The position numbers and the translations under genes are program-made. A stretch of DNA of 64,000 nucleotides from Verrucomicrobiota bacterium. GTDB taxonomy: Bacteria; Verrucomicrobiota; Verrucomicrobiia; Limisphaerales; UBA11320. Below the pieces are notes generated by a model. That model did no database searches. It had not been told where the DNA came from and saw only the letters and a list, made by a program, of their open reading frames with translations. Location: NCBI GenBank assembly GCA_016199985.1, contig JACQFQ010000065.1, positions 39,482-103,481 of the forward strand, read 5' to 3'. Shown piece after piece: positions 46,950 through 55,535 of this stretch (position 1 is the first letter of the stretch; every line of letters begins with the position of its first letter).

Positions 46950-48404
46950 ATGATCCGAATCCTCGGCAAACCGAAGCGAACCTGCGCGGGCTGGAGCAGG
47001 AGGGACATGCTGCAGATCGGCGGTCTCTCCCTCCTGGGCATGCATCTGCCCGGCCTCCTTGAGGCCGAGTCGGCGCCCCCGGCCGCGCCGCGCCGCAGCC
47101 AGGCGAAATCCATCATCCTGCTCTACCTGTTCGGGGGCCCCGCGGTTCAGGAAACATTCGATCCCAAGACCGACGCGCCGCGCGAATACCGCGGCGAATT
47201 CGGAAGCATCCCCACCTCGCTGCCCGGCGTTCATTTCTGCGAACACCTCCCGCGAATGGCGAAATGGATGGATCGGTCCACATTGATTCGATCGTTCACG
47301 CACGAATCGAACGATCACAGCGCGGGGCTCCTCCATACGATGACCGGCATGGCGCCCGAGCGGCTGGAGTCGCTGGTTCCGATTCTCGCCAGCCAGGCGC
47401 CGGGCATGAACGCGGTGATCGAGTATCTGGCGCGGCGGGAGAAGCGCTCCCTTCCCGCCTCGGTGTGGATGCCCTGCTATCCCGGGTGGGGCCAGCAGAT
47501 CACGCGGCCCGGGCCCTTCGGCGGCTTTCTCGGACGCCGTTACGACCCGCTCTTCACGAGCTGCGAGATCACGCAAAAGTACGAGCCGAAGAATTTTTAC
47601 GACACGCGGATGGAGCCGATCGGAAAGCTCACCGTTCCCGCCACCGAGCTGATCCCCGAGATCACTCTGGACCGTTTTCACGAACGGCAATCGCTGTCCG
47701 AGCAGCTCGCGACCCGAGTGGACCAGATCGGCCGCAGCGACGAGTTTGATCGCCTGGAGCACTATCAGAAGAAGGCCTTCGAGGTTCTCGCCAACCCCGG
47801 CGCCGGGCGCGGCGCGTGGAACGCGTTCAACCTCGACGACGAGCCCGCCCGGCTCAGGGATCGCTACGGCCGCCACCTGTACGGGGAGGCGGCGCTGACG
47901 GCAAGGCGGCTGGTGGAGCGCGGGGCGCGGTTTGTGACCGTCGCCTGGGAATCGTTTGAGAAACAAGGCAGCGAGCCCACCGCATGGGACACCCACGAGC
48001 GGCATTTTCCGATCATGAAGGATTTCCATCTGCCGACGCTCGACCAGTCCTACTCCGCGCTGTGCGAAGACTTGGAATCCCGAGGCATGCTGGATGAGAC
48101 GCTGGTGGTCGTGATGGGGGAGATGGGTCGCGCCCCGAAGGTCAACGCCGCGGGCGGACGCGATCACTGGTCGTATCTGGGGAACGTCCTGTTGACGGGC
48201 GCGGGAGTGAACAAGGGACTGGTGTATGGAGCGTCGGACGACAAAGGCTTCGGTCCCACATCGCACCCCGTAACACCGGGGGACTTGATCTCGACGCTCT
48301 ACGCGGCGATGGGGATCGACCCCAACGGCTTCATCCATGATTTCGGAGGACGGCCCCGGCCCATCGTGCCCGAAGGCTCGCCGCTGAAAGCGGTGCTCCT
48401 TTAA
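46950..48404 (+). CDS. DUF1501 domain protein (sulfatase-like, Tat signal)
   Basis: Tat-like SRRDMLQIGGLSLLG. LLYLFGGPAVQETFDPK...HESNDHSAG...GEMGRAPKVN..GGRDHW: family-typical blocks. Confidence 0.88.
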   Translation: MIRILGKPKRTCAGWSRRDMLQIGGLSLLGMHLPGLLEAESAPPAAPRRSQAKSIILLYLFGGPAVQETFDPKTDAPREYRGEFGSIPTSLPGVHFCEHLPRMAKWMDRSTLIRSFTHESNDHSAGLLHTMTGMAPERLESLVPILASQAPGMNAVIEYLARREKRSLPASVWMPCYPGWGQQITRPGPFGGFLGRRYDPLFTSCEITQKYEPKNFYDTRMEPIGKLTVPATELIPEITLDRFHERQSLSEQLATRVDQIGRSDEFDRLEHYQKKAFEVLANPGAGRGAWNAFNLDDEPARLRDRYGRHLYGEAALTARRLVERGARFVTVAWESFEKQGSEPTAWDTHERHFPIMKDFHLPTLDQSYSALCEDLESRGMLDETLVVVMGEMGRAPKVNAAGGRDHWSYLGNVLLTGAGVNKGLVYGASDDKGFGPTSHPVTPGDLISTLYAAMGIDPNGFIHDFGGRPRPIVPEGSPLKAVLL

Positions 48405-48445
48405 CGCCGCCACCGGGCCATGGGGCTTCGGGCGGCGCGGCGCAA

Positions 48446-51400
48446 TCAGAGCGCCTGGAGGAGCCCCGCGCCCCAGGTGAAGCCTCCTCCGAACGCGCAC
48501 ATTCCAATCCGATCGCCTTGCTGAAAGCGGTCGGCGGCGTCGGAGAGGCAGAGGGGGATCGAGCTCGACGAAGTGTTCCCGTTGCGGGCGATGTTCGAGA
48601 TCACACGGTCTCCGAGAGATCCCAGCCGGGTCCGCATGGCTTCAAGAATCCGGCCGTTCGCCTGATGAGGGACGATGTGCGCCAGGTCGCCCATGTTGAG
48701 TTCGGCCTGTTCGCATGCGCAGGTCAGGGAATGCATCATGGACCGCACGGCCTCGCTGAAAACCTCCCGTCCGCGCATGGAGACGAATCCGCTGCCGGGA
48801 TTGGGAACGGAGAGCGCCTCGGCTTCGTCAGGCTTGGAGAACAACACCGGGCGTCGCGCGAGAAAGCCCCCAGCCCCCTCCGCGGCGTCGCCGCCCACCA
48901 CCGTCGCGGTGGCCGCGTCGCCGAACAGGATCGCGGTGTCGAAGTCGCGGGGATCGACAACGCGCGACATCTCCTCGGTGGTGACGACCAACACCCGCGA
49001 CCCGGGTTTCGCGAGCACGGCGTCATACCCCACTTGCAAGCAGTAGAGAAACCCGGAGCAGGCCGCGTGGACATCGTAGGCGGCAAGCGCGGTGTGGGGG
49101 TCGCCCGAGGAGAGCGCGGCGTGGATCTGCGACGCCATCGCGGGCGTGACAGAGAGCGGCGTGGTGGTGTGGCAGATGATGGCGTCGAGGTCGGAGAGCT
49201 GAAGCCGGCAGTCGGACAAAGCGCGGGCCGCGGCGGCGACCGCGAGCGTCAGGGCGTTCTCGGTTCCAGCCACGCGACGCCGCGACTCGATGCCGCACAG
49301 CCGGAAGATCTCGTCGGCGCCGCGTCCGGCGAATCGCTCGGCCAGCAGCGCGTTGCTCACCGAGAGCGATCCGGTCACGGCGGACGGCCGGGAGATCCAA
49401 ACCTGATCGGCGGGCCGGGAATCCGCGGCCTGAACTCGCGGCCGCGAGCCCGGGCGCCTGCCGGCGCGCCGGCTCAAGCGGGGCTGGCGCTCGACCGGGC
49501 CGCGGTGAAGCGCCTTCGTTCCGACGACGACCTCTGGCGCGATGCGGGCCACAGGCGTCCCGACCGGCATTTTCTCCGAGACAGGGACCAGCAGTTCCAC
49601 CACCGCGCCATCCACGGGCGAGGCGAGCTCGGTGATCGCCTTATCGCTCTCCAACTCCGCCAGAACGTCGCCGCGACGCACCGATTGCCCGGGCTCGACG
49701 CGCCACTCCACGACCATTGTCTCCTGGTCGGTGGGGCTCGCGCCACGGGCTCGAACCACCACGGTTTCGTCCGACTCAGAGAGCGGACTCGACCACGTCA
49801 CATCGATCTCGAGCAACTCGGCCGCCGCCGTCAGGACGGACTCGAACGAAGGCAGCACCTCGGACTGATTGCTGAATTCGAAGGGCACGAAGGTGTCGGC
49901 GCGGGTGACGCGCCGGACCTGGATGTCGCCGCTCACCGACTCGGCCACGGAGGCGAGGACCTCCGCGGCAAAGCCCGCGGTCAGGTTCTCCTCGTGCACG
50001 ACGATCAGCCGGCGCGTTTTTTCCACCGAGCGAATCACGGCGGCGCGATCCCACGGAGAGACGGAGCAGAGGTCGATGAGATCAGCGGTCAGCCCCAGCG
50101 ATTGCAGGGCGCGGGCGACGCGGCCGCAAATGCCCACCGCGTTGCCCCAGCCGACCAGCGTGAGGTTCTCCCCCGACAGCGTCTGCCGGGCGACTCCGAG
50201 CGCGGCGGATTCGCGCAGCGCGGACTCCGGCGCGAGCTGGTCGCGGGTGTGAAGAAGCGCCTTGGGATAGAAGAACAGGGTCGGACGGCCGGAATCGAAC
50301 GCCGCGTTCAGCAGGCGCGCGGCGTCCGCGGCGTTGCTGGGGATGAGGACGTCCAGTCCCGGCACATGGGCGGCGAGCGTCTCGAAACTTTGCGCGTGGA
50401 ACGGGCCGAGGCCGGGGCGATAACCTCCCGACGGCGCCATCAGGATCATGGGACATTCCCATCCCCCCGCGGTGCGCCAGTACATGGTGGCCATCTCCGA
50501 GATCACCTGGTTCAGGGCGATCGGAAGAAAATCGGAGAACTGCAGCATGGCGACGGGACGATCGCCGGCGAGAGCGCGCCCGACGCTGACGCCCACGATT
50601 GTTGATTCGCTCAGCGGCGCGTTGCGGACGCGTCCCGCGAAGTCTGTCGACAAGCCGCGCGTGACGCCGAAGACGTCGCCCTTGGGATCCTCGATGTCCT
50701 GCCCCAGCAGGCAAACGCGCGCGTCCTCGGCCAGTCGGCGCTCCAGCACTCCGCGGATCGCCTCGGTCATCGTGAGCGTTCCCGCCGCGGAGGCGTCGAC
50801 TCCGAGCAACTGGTTGTGACGGCTTGGGGAGGGCGGGGAGGAAAAGTGGCCCGGACGATCGACGGACAGCCGGTTGGCGGCCGCCCCGGAAGCGGGAAGC
50901 GGGCGCTTGGCATCGAAGACCGCCTTGGGGGATGGGCTCCGACGAGCCGCCTCCACCGCGGCGCGCACCTCGTCGGCGAGCTTCAACTCCAAAGCCTGGA
51001 GCGCCTCTGAGGACACGCCCCACTCGCGGAGTTGGGAGGACAGGTGAGCGAGCGGATCGCCCGTCTTGCGCGCTTCGGCGCGCTCGGTTTCAGAACGATA
51101 GACGCGCTCGTCGTCGGCGTTGGTGTGATCGGATAGTCTCTCGACTTGAAACAGGGCCAGGACGGGACGGGATGTCTTGCGGACAGACTCGACGAGAGCC
51201 TCGACCTTGACCGCGCAAAGGGCGGGATTCCTTCCATCCAGGCGATGAAGAGGCAGGCCGTAGAATTCCTCGGCGTCGCCGTCGGGTCGGGAAAAGAAGG
51301 TGCGTCCGGCGGTCCGCGTGGAAATGCTGAACTGGTTGTCGGCGATCCAGAAAACCACCGGCAGGTCGTCCCGCACCGCCTCGGCGATGGCCTCGAGGAC

Positions 51401-51895
51401 CTCGCCCTGCTGCGTGCTGCCGTCGCCGAGAGAGCAGATCACCACGTCGCCTTTCCCGCGTTCCTTGAGGGCGGCGGCGATACCCGCGGCCTGAAGGGCC
51501 TGATTCCCCACCGGGCCCACGATGGAGAGGATCCGACGGGGAGGGTCGCTGAGGTGCGCCGACATCTGGCGTCCATGCGAATGGGAAGCGACGGTGCCGA
51601 GGAGACTGTGGAAGAATTGGGCGATAGGCGTGCCACGCGCGACCATGAGCGCTTTGTCACGGTAATGCAGATGGAGGTAGTCTCCCGGGCGGAGGAACTC
51701 GGCGAGCAGGGCCGAACCCTCGTGTCCCGCTCCGGAAACGTGGAAGGACGCCTCTCCTTGCGCGATCAACGAAGCCTCGTGCTGATCGATCAGGCGCGCG
51801 GTCAGCATCGCGCGATGGACCCGGAGCCAGAAAGCCGTGTCGACGGGCGCCGAAAGCCGCGGGTTGGCGTCCGAGGATGAAATGGGATTGGCCAT
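48446..51895 (-). CDS. Fusion protein: 2-oxoacid dehydrogenase E1 alpha + E1 beta + lipoyl-attachment domain + FabH-type beta-ketoacyl synthase III (1149 aa)
   Basis: A single uninterrupted ORF with ATG at 51895. See the four domain features below for motifs. No E2 catalytic (DHRxxDG-type) segment is readable. Confidence 0.9.
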   Translation of the reverse strand: MANPISSSDANPRLSAPVDTAFWLRVHRAMLTARLIDQHEASLIAQGEASFHVSGAGHEGSALLAEFLRPGDYLHLHYRDKALMVARGTPIAQFFHSLLGTVASHSHGRQMSAHLSDPPRRILSIVGPVGNQALQAAGIAAALKERGKGDVVICSLGDGSTQQGEVLEAIAEAVRDDLPVVFWIADNQFSISTRTAGRTFFSRPDGDAEEFYGLPLHRLDGRNPALCAVKVEALVESVRKTSRPVLALFQVERLSDHTNADDERVYRSETERAEARKTGDPLAHLSSQLREWGVSSEALQALELKLADEVRAAVEAARRSPSPKAVFDAKRPLPASGAAANRLSVDRPGHFSSPPSPSRHNQLLGVDASAAGTLTMTEAIRGVLERRLAEDARVCLLGQDIEDPKGDVFGVTRGLSTDFAGRVRNAPLSESTIVGVSVGRALAGDRPVAMLQFSDFLPIALNQVISEMATMYWRTAGGWECPMILMAPSGGYRPGLGPFHAQSFETLAAHVPGLDVLIPSNAADAARLLNAAFDSGRPTLFFYPKALLHTRDQLAPESALRESAALGVARQTLSGENLTLVGWGNAVGICGRVARALQSLGLTADLIDLCSVSPWDRAAVIRSVEKTRRLIVVHEENLTAGFAAEVLASVAESVSGDIQVRRVTRADTFVPFEFSNQSEVLPSFESVLTAAAELLEIDVTWSSPLSESDETVVVRARGASPTDQETMVVEWRVEPGQSVRRGDVLAELESDKAITELASPVDGAVVELLVPVSEKMPVGTPVARIAPEVVVGTKALHRGPVERQPRLSRRAGRRPGSRPRVQAADSRPADQVWISRPSAVTGSLSVSNALLAERFAGRGADEIFRLCGIESRRRVAGTENALTLAVAAAARALSDCRLQLSDLDAIICHTTTPLSVTPAMASQIHAALSSGDPHTALAAYDVHAACSGFLYCLQVGYDAVLAKPGSRVLVVTTEEMSRVVDPRDFDTAILFGDAATATVVGGDAAEGAGGFLARRPVLFSKPDEAEALSVPNPGSGFVSMRGREVFSEAVRSMMHSLTCACEQAELNMGDLAHIVPHQANGRILEAMRTRLGSLGDRVISNIARNGNTSSSSIPLCLSDAADRFQQGDRIGMCAFGGGFTWGAGLLQAL
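48449..49402 (-). other. FabH-type KAS III domain (aa ~832-1149)
   Basis: Intact Cys-His-Asn triad: DVHAACSGF (Cys946, nt 49058-49060), IVPHQANGRI (His1077), ARNGNTSSSSIP (Asn1107). C-terminal GGGFTWGA. Confidence 0.85.
49538..49765 (-). other. Lipoyl/biotinyl attachment domain (aa ~711-786)
   Basis: VVEWRVEPGQSVRRGDVLAELESDKAITELASPVDGAVVELLV. The target Lys752 codon (AAG) is at 49640-49642. Confidence 0.8.
49805..50782 (-). other. E1 beta-like (transketolase pyrimidine-binding + C-terminal) region (aa ~372-697)
   Basis: LTMTEAIRGVLERRL..., GQDIEDPKGDVFGVTRGL, RVRNAPLSESTIVGVSVG, GPFHAQSFE, LIDLCSVSPWD. Confidence 0.8.
50906..51853 (-). other. E1 alpha-like TPP-binding region (aa ~15-330)
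   Basis: FHVSGAGHEG..., VVICSLGDGSTQQGEVLEAIAEAVRDDLPVVFWIADNQFSIST (GDG-x(n)-N TPP motif), SDHTNADDERVYR. Confidence 0.8.
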
Positions 51896-52227
51896 GAATG
51901 CGCGAGCGATCCGTGAAACCCGACGATCAGGCCGCTGAGCGAGGAACGAGATTGTGACGCTCTCCGTCCCGGCTCAACGACAAGATCGATGTTTGGCTCT
52001 GCATGACAGTGGCGGAGTATCGAGGCTGGTTCGGTTTCGTCAAGCGCCGGCGCAAGCTTGATTCTTCCGACCCGCTCCTTGTCAAAACGCCGCTGACGCT
52101 CCTCCTCCTCATCGTGATCCCAATCGCGGCCCGATCTCGGGCGCCCGGACAGGGTGAGGATGACGGTTCAGAGCAGGATCAGGATCGCGAGTGGGAACAG
52201 GATCCGTGCGAGACGCCCGCAATCCGA

Positions 52228-52776
52228 TCACTTCGCCGCCAACGCCTCTTCGATCGCCTTCGTCACCTGGGGATCATCGGGCGTTGTGGTGGGCTCGAAG
52301 CGCTTGAGGATCTCGCCGTTCTTCCCGATGAGAAACTTGCCGAAATTCCACTTGATGTCTCCAGGGAACGGAGAGTCTTTACCCACGAGAGCGGCGTAAA
52401 GCGGATGCTGCTGAGCGCCCTTCACGTGCAGCTTGTCGAAGAGCGGGAAGGAGACGTCATACTTCGCGGAACAGAACTGGCGAATCTCCTCATTGGTTCC
52501 AGGCTCCTGGGCTCCGAAGTCATTGCAGGGAAACCCGAGAACGGTGAACCCTTTGGCCTTGTACTGCCGGTGTACTTTTTCGAGAGCCTTGTACTGCGGA
52601 GTCAGGCCGCACTGGGAGGCGACGTTGACCACCAGGAGAACCTTGCCCTTGTAGGCTTTCAGGCTGGTGTCCTTATGATCGAGCGTCTTCAAAGGCACGT
52701 CGTGAACGTTGGGCCCCGCGAAGGCGACAGTCACGAGGAGCGTGAGCAGGATGGAGATCATCGGTAGGAATTTCAT
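52228..52776 (-). CDS. Glutathione peroxidase (Cys-type), with signal peptide
   Basis: ATG 52776 gives MKFLPMISILLTLLVTVAFA. GKVLLVVNVASQCGLT, LGFPCNDFGAQEPG, WNFGKFLI are the three GPx signature blocks. The track's N-terminal extension (to 52902) runs into folC. Confidence 0.9.
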   Translation of the reverse strand: MKFLPMISILLTLLVTVAFAGPNVHDVPLKTLDHKDTSLKAYKGKVLLVVNVASQCGLTPQYKALEKVHRQYKAKGFTVLGFPCNDFGAQEPGTNEEIRQFCSAKYDVSFPLFDKLHVKGAQQHPLYAALVGKDSPFPGDIKWNFGKFLIGKNGEILKRFEPTTTPDDPQVTKAIEEALAAK

Positions 52777-52844
52777 GGCCCGAAGTATTCCAACACAGCC
52801 TGGATTGTCAATGATCCTCGATTTCCCAACTCCGCGCCCACGAT

Positions 52845-54122
52845 TCATCGCAAGCGCCACTCGTTTAGCCCGCGCTCGCCGGGGCGGGCGTCGGCCGTCC
52901 AACCCATCTCCTCGTAAACTTGCCCCACGAGGTACAGCGATCCTGTGATCACCTTGACGCCCTCCGGCGCCGGATCGAGCAGCGCCCTCCGGACGTTCGG
53001 ATAATCCTCAACGGCGATCGACGTTTTCAAACCGCGACAGTGGGCGCTCAGTTCGTCGCAGGTCACGGAACGTTCGCTCTGCACCGAGACCGCGCGCACC
53101 CGGCTGGCGAGAGGCAACAACGCCGCGAGCATCGCGGTCCAGTCCTTGTCCTTCAGAACACCGATCACCAGGCAAATGGATTGCCCCGGGAACACTTCGC
53201 TCAGCGTTTCGGCGAGAACCCGAGCGCCCTCGAGGTTGTGCGCGCCGTCGATCGCCCAGGTTTCCCCGTCTCCGCGGATGACATCGAAACGCCCCGCCCA
53301 GCGGGTCTCGCGCAGGCCAGTGACAATCGCCTCCTCACTGACGGGGATGCGATCGCGCAAGCCGCGCGCCGTCGCCTCCGCCAGAGCGGCGTTGCGGACC
53401 TGATGGGCCCCGGCCAGCCTCAACTCCCCCCAGCGCCGTCGTCGGTTCTCCGCAGCGTCCGCCCCCACCTCGACGATCGCCGCGCGATTCTCAAGCGCCC
53501 TGGATCGAATCACCGCCAGCGCGTCGGGATGATCGACCGCCGTGAAAACCGGGACGCCGGGCTTGATGATGCCCGCCTTCTCAGCCGCGATTTCCCGATG
53601 CGTGTTGCCGAGCCATTGCTGGTGTTCGAGTCCGATGTTCGTGATGACGCTCGCGATCGGCGTGACAATGTTCGTGGCGTCGAGGCGCCCGCCCAGACCG
53701 GTTTCCCAAATGACGAGATCGCAGGCGGTCTTCTTGAAGTGGATCAGCGCCATCGCGGCGCAGAACTCGAAGAAGGTGAGCGGATCCTCCGGCGGGAGCG
53801 CGTCGCAGGCGCGATGCGCCTCCTCGTAGAGCGAGATGGTTTCGGCTTCAGAGATCGCGACGCGTTGAACCTGGATGCGCTCCCCGACATGAACCAAGTG
53901 AGGGGATGTGAAGAGTCCCACACGAAGCCCGGACTGCCGGTAAATGCTTTCCAGGAAAGCGCAAACGCTTCCTTTCCCGTTCGTGCCAGCGACGTGGATG
54001 AATCGGAGATGATCGTGGGGCGATCCCAGGCGCTCTGAAACAACCCGCATTTTATCCAAGCCCATCCGCATCCCGAAGGATCCGAGCGCTTGCAACTTCT
54101 CGATGACTTCAGGGTAGGTCAT
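52845..54122 (-). CDS. folC: Bifunctional folylpolyglutamate synthase / dihydrofolate synthase
   Basis: IHVAGTNGKGSV (P-loop), TSPHL, ...EVGLGGRLDATN-like WETGLGGRLDATN. Confidence 0.92.
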   Translation of the reverse strand: MTYPEVIEKLQALGSFGMRMGLDKMRVVSERLGSPHDHLRFIHVAGTNGKGSVCAFLESIYRQSGLRVGLFTSPHLVHVGERIQVQRVAISEAETISLYEEAHRACDALPPEDPLTFFEFCAAMALIHFKKTACDLVIWETGLGGRLDATNIVTPIASVITNIGLEHQQWLGNTHREIAAEKAGIIKPGVPVFTAVDHPDALAVIRSRALENRAAIVEVGADAAENRRRRWGELRLAGAHQVRNAALAEATARGLRDRIPVSEEAIVTGLRETRWAGRFDVIRGDGETWAIDGAHNLEGARVLAETLSEVFPGQSICLVIGVLKDKDWTAMLAALLPLASRVRAVSVQSERSVTCDELSAHCRGLKTSIAVEDYPNVRRALLDPAPEGVKVITGSLYLVGQVYEEMGWTADARPGERGLNEWRLR

Positions 54123-54308
54123 GCGGTCGCGCGGGTCTGAGCTCTGCCAGGTTCATCGCCACTGTCCTGGTCCTTCATCGTCATCTTGCTCGCAATCGCA
54201 ATCCTCATCCTCCCCTCGATCATGAGGGCGATCAGGAGTAGCAGTAGGAGTAGGAGAGGGAGTGGGAAAAGGCGAGAGCGAATCAGAGCGGGGATCCAAC
54301 AAAGGCGA

Positions 54309-54342
54309 AGGCCCCTCCCGGGATAAATCCCAGAAGGGGCCT
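54309..54342 (-). terminator. Putative terminator of the porin gene
   Basis: Stem AGGCCCCT / AGGGGCCT (54309-54316 / 54335-54342) with an inner GGGAT/ATCCC pairing, 21 nt past the stop. On the minus strand it is followed by TTCGCCTTTGTT. Confidence 0.45.
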
Positions 54343-54362
54343 CGCAAAGGTTCTAAGTCAGA

Positions 54363-55535
54363 TTAGAACTTGTAGATGATGTTCGCAGCGAGCATCAGAG
54401 CGTTGCGGCGATCAGGAGCGCCCGCCGCGTTGGAGCCGTAGTAGCGGCCGGTGCCGTCAGCCTGGTGATCCCAGCGGAACTCGAGGCGGCTGAGAACGTT
54501 CGCCCAGAGGTCGTACTGGATCGTGGCTGTGCCAGCGACAACGCGCGAGGGAAGGCCAGCGCCGAGGCCCTGGCTGTCCTTGTAGTGTTCGCCACGGGCC
54601 AGGAACGTCAGCTTGTCAGTCGCCTTGACGGAGACATAGCCGCCGATGGTGTAGGCATGCGTGCCGGCAACCTTGGCGCCGACGCCGTTGTTGCCCGCGT
54701 AGTCATACGCGAAGCCAACCTTCACGGCGGTCCAAGGCGTATTGAGAGTCGCGCCAGCATAGTAGTTCTGGTGAGCGGTGGTGAGAGCCGCGCTGCCGAC
54801 GCCGTTGATGATGCCGCCGTAGAGGGCGGAACCGGCGAGGAAGCCCCAGCTATCCGGAGCCTTCAAGGTGAGAGAGCCCATCGTGGTCTTATAGCTCTCG
54901 GCGTGACCCACACCCAGACCGGTGCCCAGATAAGTGCGGTTGTTGATCAGAGGAGCGATCGAGTTCGCGACGCCGGCGCTGACGCCGACCAACTCAGTGA
55001 TCTGATAGGACGCGAGAACGCCGGTGTGGCTGGTGGGCTCCAGAAGATAGCCGTAGCTGTGGGAGTAGTGAGGGTTGTTGACGCGCTCAAAGGTTTCGTA
55101 ACCGATGATGGAGTCGAACACACCCACTTTGAAGTTGATGCCGTTGCCAACGGGCGCCCGCAGAGCAACATAAGCCTGCTTGATTCCCGTGTTGCCAGCC
55201 GTCGTGCCGAACAAGGGGAGATCATCGCCGTAACCGAGGTCCACGCGATAACCCGCCGCCCAGTTGTCCTGCGCGTCGAGAGGCTTCTGGATGGTGACCT
55301 GGACGTAGTTCAGGTTGAAACCGTCAGCCCTGCCAGCAGGGATGAACGGGATCGCCGGGACGTTTGCGTTGCCCGTGCCGAAGTTCCAGTTAGCCGAGGT
55401 GTCCACGAAACCGCTGATCGTGGTGGAAGACAGCGCGGTCAGCAAATGCTGGCTCGCCTCTTCCGCTGCTACAACTCCAGGTAGGCTGACCAAACCGACG
55501 GCCGCCAAACCCAGAGTCCATTGATTCATTTTCAT
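54363..55535 (-). CDS. Outer-membrane beta-barrel porin (putative)
   Basis: ATG 55535 gives MKMNQWTLGLAAVGLVSLPGVVAAEE signal. Alternating amphipathic strands throughout. C-terminal ...ANIIYKF (terminal aromatic OMP signature). Confidence 0.7.
   Translation of the reverse strand: MKMNQWTLGLAAVGLVSLPGVVAAEEASQHLLTALSSTTISGFVDTSANWNFGTGNANVPAIPFIPAGRADGFNLNYVQVTIQKPLDAQDNWAAGYRVDLGYGDDLPLFGTTAGNTGIKQAYVALRAPVGNGINFKVGVFDSIIGYETFERVNNPHYSHSYGYLLEPTSHTGVLASYQITELVGVSAGVANSIAPLINNRTYLGTGLGVGHAESYKTTMGSLTLKAPDSWGFLAGSALYGGIINGVGSAALTTAHQNYYAGATLNTPWTAVKVGFAYDYAGNNGVGAKVAGTHAYTIGGYVSVKATDKLTFLARGEHYKDSQGLGAGLPSRVVAGTATIQYDLWANVLSRLEFRWDHQADGTGRYYGSNAAGAPDRRNALMLAANIIYKF

Noticed and set aside
48405-48445. 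CGCCGCC...GGCGGCG inverted repeat between the convergent DUF1501 and E1-KAS III genes, considered as a bidirectional terminator
   Set aside because: It has a 7-bp stem with a 19-nt loop and no T-tract on either strand. That is too weak to call.
54153-54347. 64-aa minus-strand ORF with an acidic tail (GEDEDCDCEQDDDEG), plus an apparently similar acidic-coding tract on the opposite strand at about 52140-52215, suggesting inverted repeats flanking gpx-folC
   Set aside because: Hand alignment of the two tracts gives only about 59% identity over 34 nt, with a 6-nt indel. That is no better than expected for GAG/GAT-rich high-GC sequence. There is no start context or conservation evidence for a peptide. 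Part of the ORF is the porin terminator hairpin.
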